NCBI RefSeq assembly: GCF_001949145.1
Contig: NW_019091402.1
Span: 558,001 to 620,000 of the forward strand
DNA length: 62,000 bases
Source of the DNA: Acanthaster planci
Lineage: Eukaryota
Reading direction: 5' to 3'
Shown here: positions 10,419-22,500 of the stretch, piece by piece
How positions within the stretch are numbered: the first letter of the stretch is position 1
Layout: every line of letters begins with the position of its first letter
The notes under the pieces: generated by a model
The model's input: only the letters and a program-made list of their open reading frames with translations
Database searches by the model: none
Told to the model about the DNA's origin: nothing
Made by a program: the position numbers and the translations under genes

Positions 10419-12590
10419 GTGAGTCTTGATTGTACTCTAGCAACTGTTAAACGTCCACTAATTTCCGACGTGGAAATCATCTCATACAGTGAACACATGA
10501 AAATACTGAGCGTCTAGTGCTTCACGCGCAGGTGTTTTAGGTGTCAAAGTATAATTTCACAGACCGCATGTGAGGACTCATAAACTTTCAGGGTTCATAT
10601 CACAAGTTTGTTTTCTGTCTCCCTTGAAATGTTGCGTTCCTGTCCAGCATTATCCCCCTTTCATATGTGTACTTTTAATCGTATTTTAACTGAACAGTCT
10701 GCCATGCATGCAGGACCTCAAAGAAAAACTGGTTGATGAATACTCGAGCGTATCTTGAGACTTCTAGAAATGTACAATTTTAAATACCTGTTATACTAAT
10801 ATACAATATGAAGTTCGTCAAACAGTTTTGCGAACAGTGACGAGAAAGACGCAAAGTTCTCTATTTTATTTGTAGGCAATAATCATCACCTTTATCCCAT
10901 ACCAATAACCAGATCATTCCCGTGTAAGGGGTTGACCGATTAAAGGTACAGTATAACATTTGCGGATGTTCATTATTCCTGAAAAGCATACTTGGTTTAA
11001 TTAAAGAGAGTTACAATGGAAATAAGCTCCCAGTAAAATACTTCTTCAGGCAAGCTGCCATCTTGAAGAAAGCAATGAAAGAAGGCCGTTTTCGATGATT
11101 TGTTTGGAAACTGCCGTCAGTAGTTCGGTTTTTAAATCGGTAAAGTGCACACTGGCGTTGATACAATGCATGCTCGTGCAGTTGCTGTAATTTTTCTGTT
11201 CAGTGCGCAACATTCGCGTAGCTGCATGAGAGCGTGTCCTGGACGCTGAATCCGGGCACAATTCAGAGCATGACTCCGTCACTTTTGATTTGGTATCCAG
11301 ATCCCAGAGCATTTTCCTCTGAAAATACACCAGTAACTTAGCTCAAACTTCATAGGGTTAGTTGTAAAGGACCACTTTTTCTTTTTTTTTCATTTTGAAC
11401 GCTTTTGTTGCCTCAAATGACCCCAATGCAGAAAATAACGGACTGTACTTGGCGATTCATACTTTCTCAGCTACATGGGGAGTTTGACAATGAATGTTAC
11501 GGATGCTCATCACGTTTCTATCTACGACTAGGGCCTATGCACGTAGTAACAGGTGCACCAGACTCTAACGCTACGAGTATACTCATGGAAAATGACAGTT
11601 TTTTGTATTGTAAATTGAATACACCGACATCACTGATAACGCAATAAATACGCTGCTGGCAGTGGTCCCATATCTATAGAATGCTCATGTTCAACTGATC
11701 TTGTTTGTTTTTGCCGTTAGAAATAAAAAGACAGGAAATTAGCAAAATTTGAAATGTCCTGTCATCTGGTTGACTTTATTTTCAATCAAGAGAGAAAGAA
11801 GATATAATACCAAGATTGTTTTGAATTTTGACTTGTGGCTTTTCATAAAGGTTTGATCACACTGGGCTATTCAGGTAGGGGGTAGGCAACTTGCCTTGCC
11901 TCTGGCGACATTTTCAAAAAATGAAAGTGCCAAGGGAAGCGAAAAAATGAAAGCAAATTATCTATTCGTCCCCGCCCCGAAGCAGTTCAATCAATCAATC
12001 AATAGTAATCAATGATCAATAAATCTTATAAATAATGTATATATAACGAGAGCGAACAGGTTTATTCCACCCTCTTTCAATTTCTTTTAAGAAAACCGGT
12101 CATGACATGGTATTTCTTTTGTAGACTTTGTCCAGAGCTGTCTACAAAAACCCAGTAGCTTTCAAAACGTCGACGTGAACGAATTGTTTGGATTTTTTAT
12201 ACTTCTGATTTTTGATTATTCTCAGGATTCCATGTCATTATTCCGATTTCGTGATAGTTTGTTTCGTACAGTTCATTGGTGCACATGGTATTCCTTACTC
12301 TCAGCACATTTTGTGTGACAAGCCAATGGAAAGTACATTTGTGTGTGAACTTTTGCATGGACAATGGTAAATTTGGATTTTGAATCTGACTCTTATTTGA
12401 GTAATGTTGTAATAATCAATGTGGCAGGGACGGCTGAGTGCACATAATACAGGCCGACAATACAAAATCAATGACAGTCCAAACTTTCACAGAATGCCTT
12501 ATATAGGCCGAATTGCATTAACTGGTATGGAGAATCAAAGAAGTTCGTCATCCCATCGCCAACCTCAAGTAATAACATAGTGACGCAGTA

Positions 12591-12686
12591 CACTCTAAAA
12601 ACTCCCGGGTCAGATTTGACCCGGAAAAGGGTCGTACCAAATGGGACCCAATTCTGGGTCAATCTGACCCGGGAGTTTTTAGAGCG
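12591..12686. mobile_element. 96-bp palindromic MITE with CACT-type (EnSpm/CMC-like) termini
   Basis: CACTCTAAAAACTCCCGGGTCAGATTTGACCC ... GGGTCAATCTGACCCGGGAGTTTTTAGAGCG, flanked by TA on both sides. Confidence 0.85.
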
Positions 12687-13089
12687 TACGAGATAACTCG
12701 TTGCTGGCATAGTGGAATAATCGACTCTATGCCATTGCCAACCATGAGTTATCTCGGAGATATTTTTCTTCCATTAGAAAGGAACGGACTACAACATATA
12801 GAGACCTAAAAATACCTAATATATATGCGAGCATGCGTACAACGGTTGGCAAATGGGAACTCCCTGTGAAATTATGCGCGGCAGTCAACGTGTTAATGTC
12901 CTCCAACTTGTCAGTTGTAACTAAGAAAAACTCTCATAGTCCATACCCACTGTTCTAATCTCTCTCACTTAACCATCTGCTCCAGTAAACTGAAATAGGA
13001 GCACACGAAGGCTTGGCTGGATTGTAAGCGTTCGTTGTCACGACTTGGCCTGTCCGTCCGGATCATTTACAGGTATCTACAGGCTGAAT

Positions 13090-13699
13090 CACTGGCCTAC
13101 ATCGCTGGGGGGGGGTGTTAGAGGATGTATCCCCAATATTTGGACGAAGGGATAGAGGACATGTGTAAGATCATCGCCCAATTTTTACGCCGAGCAAAGA
13201 TAATAATGCTCATCAACACTCCATGCGATCAATTTTGAGAGAGAAGAAGTAAAGAAGTAACTCAATAACACGTTAGCGTACGATTACGTATTGGTTTCAG
13301 AGAGGACAGAAGGCAGATTACAGAATTAGATTACATTGCTGATGTCATTTGAAGATGCTTTTCATAATTATTTACCTTGTCAACTTGACGAATATCAGCC
13401 ATCTCAGTCCTTATCGATTTGAGAAGTCAACCATAACTTCATAATTACGCTCATGTACTGGAATATTTTTTAAAAGGGAAAAATCAATGTGCAGACAAGG
13501 CTGCGCATTTTTGCTTAGTTTGGAACGTGAAGATAATATCAGTTAACAAAACAAAAAAACAAAACAAAACAAAAAACGCACGGACCCCATAAACTCAAAG
13601 TTATCAGGGGAGGTGATAGACAAGAATGGTAGTGTCACGGTGTTTACCCCCACCCCAACCTCACCGGTCATCCCGTCCCCTAACACTCATACGCCACTA
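13090..13699. mobile_element. Old hAT-like non-autonomous element
   Basis: Left CACTGGCCTA...GGGTGTTAGAGGATG vs right reverse complement TAGTGGCGTA..GAGTGTTAGGGGACG. Degenerate, no TSD seen. Confidence 0.4.
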
Positions 13700-15759
13700 A
13701 TGTGCATATTCATGTACATCGGCCCACAAGCTCTAGCACAAATCACTTTGTCCCGACAAGTTTATATTGCTTGGGAAATCCTACAGCTGCCGCACTATGC
13801 TAATATAGCCTGTCTGGAATTGAAACGACGCGTCGCGATGCTTCATAAATGTTTGCCCTGTCATACTTCTGCTGTCGTTAGGGAATAAGCTCTCAGATGC
13901 TAACTTCAAAAAGTTTACAAAAACTGTAAAAAGGAGGATGATTAACCCCTGGGGACTGTAATGAATGAAATGGTAATTGTATTATTACTACATTACATTT
14001 TGCATAGACAAATCTCTGTCCACGTCATGTTCATATTTTTGCCCATTCGTGCCTGATTAATTGTTGCTAGCCATCAATGCAAAAGCGAAAGAATTATTTA
14101 CAAAATGTGGATATTTGGGTTTTTTGGGGGGCTACTTGCGGTTAAGGCATGAGGAAAGATATTATGTCCGTCTATTAGGCATTTTTAACTTAACTACGAG
14201 TAGCATCCAATATTGTGAATAAAGTCTTGTCATCTTTTGTCATTATGGTCAAAGCGGGCAGTCAGCGATCAGTTTCGCGTGAAAATGCCAGACATTCTGT
14301 TGAATGGAGCTTTACAGATTTAAAAAATCATTATATAATATAGAATATCATAAAAAAGAATGCATTTTACACCTCTACGCAGTAAATCACTGTCAGAGCA
14401 AAAATTGTACGGAAAACAAAATATCTAAGTGAGTTAAAACTTAAGTGATAAAGTAGTTATTGGTTAACTCAAAGCAAAGAAAGGGACGAGTACCGGAACC
14501 TCCCGGTGAATTTGTTTAAGTGTGTCAATTGCATATAAATAGAAAATCACCTTGTTTTGAAGCAGAAATGTGTGTTACAGCCGCATGCAACGTATCAGAA
14601 TTTCATACACAAGACATAATTTATATCTAAAGTATGCCACGTTGGTCATCCGTCTTGAATTAGATCATGAACCACGAAGGAATGAGTATTCAAAGTGCAG
14701 CCATATGACGACAGCGCGTGTGACCGATGATGACAAATAGCTTGTCCCCACGTAAGGAGACGTCGCAATGTCGAGTCTGCAGGAAGCGCCCCAGAAGATC
14801 GCAACTTGGTAGGAAAGTGAGCTCTGCTCCGGAATATCCTGCGTCAATTTCAGCCTTCCATAATATGTGCAAAAATCGCTCCCGGCCAAAAAGGAAAGTA
14901 TAGCGGTCTGCTTTTTCATCAAACTCGAAGAATGAGGTTATGAGCGGATTACCCGCTGACGGAAAAGGAGTTGGGGAACTATGCCGGGTCGGATCGTCGT
15001 TTGTCAGCCATAACGTCGAGCAAATAGACGCTTTACCGACATAACCCGGAACCCTTGAGGAGTGGCAATTGTTCCGCAGAAATTGTGGAAATGGTGCATC
15101 CTTTGCGAATATATATAGGCCTATAGGGCTTAACCAAACTTAAGCTGAGCGTTAAATTGAACAGCCACGTCAACGCACACACGTTATAACTCCAAATATT
15201 GGCGGGCTTTGCCATTAAAATACATCAGTTTAAAAATTGGTATGTATGCTCACATTAGGTACTACAAAAGTAAGCAAATTCGTTTGCGTTTGCTAATGGA
15301 ATGTGACTTCACTTGTTACTTTTTACGAGAGTGACTGGGAAACTTATTTGTATGGTAGACTAAAAATCCTAGTTGTTCTGATCCTAGACCAGAGAAGGCA
15401 TATGGGAAAATTACTCCATCGATGAAGCGTATAATACAAATTACTTAATTCCTCTTCAACATTTTTCCTGCAATGATTACAATTTTGGCTATGATTGCAT
15501 TCTAAAGAACGAAAATTTTACAGCTTGTTTTTGTCCAGCACAGCCAGATGAGTACACTGGTGCGTGACCTCGGATCCAGACACAGCAAATAATACACAAA
15601 CCTAGAAAAAAAAATCAGCGGTGATCCGTTTTGTTTCAGCACCTCCCTATGTCCAATCCGTCAGCCATGATATGAACTACAACGTGGAAAAACATCATCG
15701 CTTATTGCGTGGTTTTTATTTGTTTGTTTGTTATAATGGTCGTATGGTTTATGACATAT

Positions 15760-16052
15760 ACAAGTATTAAAGAGGTCGCCAACAAATACATCATCCGTAA
15801 TCGGAAGACGCATCATGTAATTCTAGCGCTTCGACACCTTAACAGAAATCCATGCCAACTCATTCATCACGTAATCAACCAGATATTGGAATCACCTGCC
15901 ACAACACCTCGTCTATTCCCCCTCGCAACAGATCTTAAGAACATCATTGGAAATCTGATCTTGGACCTAACCTATGACCAATCTCATCAGCGTCAACCCC
16001 GACCCCCTGTCATATTCCCTCTTGGACGCCTTTTGGAGGAAAAATAAAACAA
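15760..16052 (+). mobile_element. 5'-truncated LINE 3' end (CR1/Jockey-group ORF2 C-terminus plus 3'UTR)
   Basis: From 15842 reads TEIHANSFIT*STRYWNHLPQHLVYSP, matching the LINE ORF2 terminal pattern SFFPRTxxxWNxLP. Followed by a short UTR ending in AATAAA and an A-rich tail. Confidence 0.7.
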
Positions 16053-18980
16053 TCAGTAGAAGGCAGTCTTGTCATAGTTGTCACAAAATGAAGATTAGAG
16101 CAAAGTGCAATAATCGAAATACATCGTGTTCCAGTCCACTAACAGATTTTGTTAAAGTGACATCCTAATGTTTTACTAAAATAAGACCGAAATTATTAGA
16201 TTTTTCTGATATTTAAATTTGTTGTCATTTGTGAGGTGTCACGTGTCAAGCGCTACAAATGGCTGTTCTTTCACTTTCACAAATGCGGAACTTTTAACTC
16301 TACAGAGAACACGTGCTGTAAAAAAAGAAAAAGGATCATAACGTTTAGCCGTGAGCCAGATCGAATAACTAAATAGTCAAATATTCGGTTGCGCAGAGTA
16401 TTTTTTTGTCAACCAAGCCTTTGTGAAAGGAGCTTTTATTGATCTGCGAAATGCATACAATCATCATAATTTCTCTCTTTTAGCACTTTTCCAGCACAAA
16501 GGAAATGATTTCTCACGAATCAAAGCTTTTAGCAATGACACAGCTTAGAAAAAAGATGTTCTTTTGAATTGCACGATGAATAAGTGAATCGAACATTTGA
16601 CTATTCGTACTGTCGTTACAAGATCGAATACTCTACCAACGTTCGAATAGTTGGCTTTTCAACAATCTTGCACAAACGTAATCGCAATATTCAGCTAAGT
16701 GTATTTCTAACAACAAATTTTGTTAGGTACAAACAGTATGTTTTATGAACGTGAATTTGCATTCAGTTTCAACATTACAACTTTATGATTGCTTTTAGAT
16801 TTCTTTCTCATAGCTTCGCTTTAAAACTGCGCGCCCCGCGTGGTGTATGGCATTGATTTACATGAGATCTAGTAAACTTCCTCTTCTGCAAACTGAGGGT
16901 CACTTTTTACAACCCCTTTAGGTTAATCTGAATTTTCAAAATATGCATTCTTTGGCTGCTTGAATTTAAACCCAAGATTTATTCACTGAAATGTTTTGAT
17001 AAAACATTGCCTGCAGGCGTAGTACCCCTAGACACCATTTAAAAAATCAACGAAGAAAGCAACACTCCACGGTACAATATCTGAAACTTCTCGCAAATGT
17101 TTCTGTTGATGGTTTCTTCCTGCTATCACACAATGCTTTTATCTACATCAGCACCAAACTATACAAACACCATCATGTCCTTAAATTGAAAGTGGAAATA
17201 AGATTAACCAAATGGGACATAAAGTGCGTTTACATTTTGAAAGAAAAGGGCGCACGAGGATTGTTCATGAGCCTCAAGCCGCTCGTCCATTAAAATGTCC
17301 AATTCATTCAGTTCATTACCAGAGGAAATGTGAAAGAGCAACCCTGGAGGATAGTGAACCCGGGGGTCCCTGACAATTTACCAACACTGATTTGTTGGGT
17401 AGTCTGAACGATAAGTGGCAGGTCTTAATTTGTGGCATTTGGTTGCTGTCGCTTTTCTTTCCGATTTTAAAAGCGAGGCTATTTAGGTGTTTTAGGGTGA
17501 GGTTAATTCGTTTTGCGGAAAGGACTATTTTGGAGAAACTGATGCGACATCGAAAGGCTGTGACTCAACCGACTGGAGGTGGAGTGTCAGTTTTGGAGGT
17601 GTTTTGTGGTAGTTGAACAAACGTGTACTAGGTCGAACGGTTTTGCCCCGGAAAAGTGTTACAGTAAAAGATAAATAATAAATTATCAGCGTTGGTCGTG
17701 TCCTTTAAAAATCCCTGGTAAGATATACACTGTTGCTGCGTTTTTAACGTGTGCAATACGCTCGTTGGAAGCCGCAGCATTTCCCATACACCCCATCTGT
17801 TCTCACCGAGCCTAAATGATACAAAACTCCATTGTCATAGTGGTAACGGCATGAAACTTCCAAAAATGAATACTTGGCATGCTGATGTTACTGTTGTAAA
17901 ACGGGCTGCGTTCACATAGTTATTTCATGTTTCCCGAAACCAATAGCCCAAGGAGATAGTTTCATCCACTTTCAGATGCTATTGTGAACGTTGAAGGGTG
18001 AAGGTGTTCCGGATGTGCCTGTATGGTGACTCACTCAGATACAGACATACAGAAAGCGCATGTCTCTTTACCGTTTCTGGAAGAGCGAGACGCGGTTCTT
18101 TTATAAAGGCCCAGATTTAATTGCTTTGCAAAAATGCTACACGGGAAAACGAAAGACTGGACACATGTTAACCTATGTTACTGGTGCTCCTGTGGTAAAG
18201 GGAAATTTGAGAGTGAGCTCTGTTAAAACCAAAGCACGTCAATTTCCAGGCTGGAATGTCTGTCCTGACGGAGGAGTTCACTTCGGTGATTCGAATCACA
18301 ACATTCCGAGTTGGTATCATTTTCCATCGCCACGAGTGAGCTGAATTACTCGCATTCACGGGCATGGCAGGGGCTGAGGGTCCTTTCCCCTCGGAAGAGT
18401 GCAACGATATTAAGAAAAAGAATGAAAAGGATTGGAGGAAAAGGGGATGGCAGTTCATCTCTTAGAGTGGAAATTCCTCGGAACCGCTCCTCTCCCAGCA
18501 TCGACGGATTGCCAGTTTTCTTCCGCTGATTCCCCGCCCCCTGAAAGAGTTTCGCCCCCTTTTCTGGTGAGACACCCATGCTTGCTCTCTGGGTTGGTTT
18601 TCCTGAGTCCGCAAAGGTAGTTGAGTCCCCAGAGCTTGCGATTTGAGTTGTTTAATTTTTTAAAGAGAAAGTCACGACCCCACTGATGCTTTCATGTAGC
18701 TGCAAAGCACGACTAATGACGGTAAGAAGCCACTGACAGCATGAAGAACAAAACGGTGACGGGTATGTCAAATGCCGTCGAAGGCTTTCAAACATTGGCA
18801 TGTGGCGACTGTTTGCGTCGTAGAAGGGAATGTAAATATTCTACCAATGTTGTTTCATGGCACTTGGCTTGACTAATGAAGCGAAGTGATTGACAAGTAA
18901 GAGCCTATGGGGAAGGATAGTTCGTCAAGATTACTACTCCAAGTGCGTCTAAACAGTGCCTTCGAAGATCGCTCACGTCA

Positions 18981-19556
18981 TGCCACCAGCCCTACGGGGC
19001 AGACATTGAAAGCAGAAAAGATGGATTTCGCCGGCCGGTGTTTATTTTCGATGTATCAATTAAATTCGGCTTTTACTTTGAAGTTCCTTTGAAGGGCACT
19101 AACCCCACGTTTTGCTCGAGTTTTGACAAAAAGACTGAGAGTTTTGACGGGATGGGCAAAATATTTACTTAGGTCGGTCACTTTGCCCGCGACGTTTGAC
19201 ACAAACTTTCATCGAGTTTATTTTTTCATTTCAACTAATTAGGTAAACATGGTTCCACGGTTCAACCAACATGGTGTGTTCCCCTAATTAGTTAAATAAC
19301 CGTGTTTATTATAGTGGCTGAACCGTGGAAGAATGACTACCCTCATTAGCCGAAACGAAGGAAAAGTGTGACGAAGTCAATGCTCTGTCCTATCCCGTCG
19401 AAACCCTTTGGTGTTTTACCACTTCTCGCCGAACTTGCGCCTGGTGCTCCCTAAACTTCAAAGGAAAGCTGCGTTTAACAGACAAATCGAAAAAAAAATG
19501 GCTGGCAAAGTCCATATCTCCTCTACCCTTCGGGTTTGCCCATTGGTTAAGTGGCA
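18981..19556. repeat. Degenerate ~575-bp palindrome (old foldback/MITE)
   Basis: Arms align along their length, e.g. ATGGATTTCGCCGGCC...CTTTGAAGTT vs reverse complement ATGGACTTTGCCAGCC...CTTTGAAGTT. Innermost pair TTCCACGGTTCAACCA (19253-19268) / TGGCTGAACCGTGGAA (19315-19330). Confidence 0.8.
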
Positions 19557-22500
19557 ACCTCCAAGAAAAATTTGTTTAAAAGTTTAGGTCAAAAGGTCAG
19601 ACCAGGAGGGCGATCAATGCCCGGTAACGAGTAAATCAGAACTTTTAACACTTTTCCGTCATTTGCTCTTTAAACAAAGTCGGCGTTTATGGTACATGTT
19701 GACGGCCAAAAAGAAGTTGAAGTAATGGTTTTGGCACTGCAAGTTGGCGTGCGTCAAGGGTCGCTGTAACAAACACATTTGACTCCTGGCAATTACAGCT
19801 TTTTGAGAAGCCGCGCGAAACAGTCTCACTTAACGACCCAGTAGCGAGAGGGGTCTGGTTTATACAAGACGTACGGAGATTTATCCTAATGACGCGCAAT
19901 TAGAGGTTAGCACGACGAAAGAAAGAGCCGATCTGGCTTTTGTTGAAACGGGTGACCCACCAAACGATATCTCGTAAACTGCTTTACAGCTCTGTGGTAT
20001 CGCCAGGGTAACCGTGTAGCAACATAAAGTTAGACATAGTTAAAGATAAAGTTAATTGTTTTAATACATGCAGTAAAGACTTAGTGAGGATAGAAAAAGT
20101 CACCCACATAATTATTTACCTATTTGGTTTTAATTTAAAGGTTTTCCAAAACGCAATTTGCATGATTCTAAGGCAAGACGCAGTTAAGCCTTAGTGTAAA
20201 CGCCTAGAGAATTTTGGAAATCGTTATTCGCCCAAATTCTCTCTTCTCAGTAACTTTCTAACTTCTAAGTAAATTCTGCAAATCAATACTGCAAATCAAG
20301 ATGTTCCTTCCTCCATGATCTATGCAAGTACACTCATTACGCATAACCCACGTGCAAGCAAAAGTCTTGAACCGCGTTATTGGTTCAAAATGAAATCCAT
20401 CCAGCGAGTGCTCGCATCCTGAAATAGTTGCCCTTCCATCACCCTTTATAGGGGGGAGTGCGAAATGATGCTAAACCAACAGTGGGCGTGGCTTAAGTTA
20501 CAACTAAGTCACAATTACGAATGGGATGGACGTCAGTGGCGTGCGTGCGTTTGGTGCTTCAGTCACGAACTGGACAGCGTTCAAGTGACGATAGGCTCTC
20601 TATTATGAACGGTGAAAGGGGTACTTGAGTACAGAGTCGATTACAAGAATACACCGCAGTTTACAATACTCAAATATTTCAACAGGGATGTTGAATGCAG
20701 ATTTATTAGTGTACACCTTAGCACTCGATAATGCCGAGGTCTCATTTCAGTGGAAAGTACATACTGTATTGTTTTCTTTTGATGATCGAGGTCCACAGAA
20801 TGTCACTGTCGAAAGGAAGGGGGGTCCTGTCAAATGAAAATTGCCAAAGATAATAATAAGTCTTTGCTAAGAAGATGATTTTTTGAGATTTCTGTAGTAA
20901 GGGGAATCTACAGACAATCGTTGTCCCATGCATGATAAACACATTTTTATCCTTTTGGCATATTTGTTCCTTCTTCCCGTGTAATAAAACAAAACTTGGT
21001 GCGCGCAGTGTAGTTTTCAAGATTCAAATTGGTTCAACCTGAACACCAAAATCACATTCCCCGTGTTGGTTTTGGAATTCCGCCCTTCAAGTAGCGACGG
21101 ATTTAAGTATACCACTGAAATTCCTCCCTTTTTCAGTTAAATCTGTAAATCCATTCCGTGCAAATCTTGTGAGGCATTATTAAGTAACGTACAAGGATGC
21201 CGAATGTTTCTTCGTTGGATACTTCCTTTTGTCCAGCTACCTTGTGTCGTCAGAGATACAGCCCTCTCACCGATGAATGTTTATTCCGAGGCAATTGAAG
21301 CTGTCAACACACAGTCACATCTGCATACCTGTTTCTATTTATACTTTATTTTCTGGGTTTTCCCGATGACAGTTTTCTGTCTAATTAACCTCGATTACAA
21401 TTCACGGGAATCACCTTGATGGGGCAGATACCGGACTTTGAACCGGTGTGGTAAGATTGTGAATTCTGTGAAACGAACTCACTGGAATGAAAGTGTATAT
21501 ACAGCTGCAAGCGTATACAGCAAGAAAAGAGGAATCGTTCAGTTTGTTGTTTAAACGATAAAGATCCATGTTACTCAGAAAAGCGGTAACGGAAGTTGTC
21601 TACAAACGCTATATTGTTGTACATTTACGCAGAAGGCGGGAACTATCTTGCCTGGAGGGATGCGCGCGCACACAACTGGGCCAAACAGCTGCCAATAGCA
21701 TCGACTTATCTGCCCCATGGTGACCGTTATGGTATCCCCAACAAAAACTAAACATTTGATTTCATAAGTGGTATTTTTAGTTATTTTTTACTTTTTGCAT
21801 ATGGGAAGTGAGTGCCACATGACCAAAACCATACGTGGCACGCCCATTCAGACACGACCGTGACTTTTACTGAGTGTGGGCAGCGACGTTCTGTTCATGG
21901 TGTTAAGAAAACGTCGTCTAGGTTACAAGACCCAATTAACCGTATTCCGTGCATTCCTTGCTATACATGAACAGACTACTGCCAGTGATTCTGTTCATAT
22001 GTTCTAGATGGGTCGTCAACGGTGAACATTTGCCTCATCTACTGACGTTGACATATAGCTAAATAGACGAATGAAATCGAATAAATTCACGAATAAACAC
22101 AATAGGGTTCGACCGCCGCCTCTAGGCGCCACAACAAGTTAGATTCGGTCTCCTTTAATTTGCACCTTAAAAGTATTGATTCCCTCAAATGAGTACCCTG
22201 GATTATGCAGTTTTTATTGTCTCCGGAGTCATACTATGGCCGCTCAAAGACTAGTTTGAGAGGCAATCTGAAGGGTAATTAATTAATCATATTGGGGTCG
22301 GCTGTCTGACACCAGACAAGGAGACGAGTCATCCTTTCACAGCAGATTAAATTTCAGATGGAGTTCAGAGACACTGTGCCTTTCACTGTTCTAATTACGA
22401 CGGAAATTTAAAACCATAATGAGTTAAGCTGAATTTGAGGAATGATTATTGAGATTTTAGTAATAGTTGATTGTGTCCTTGAGGATTAAATCAAGTATTT

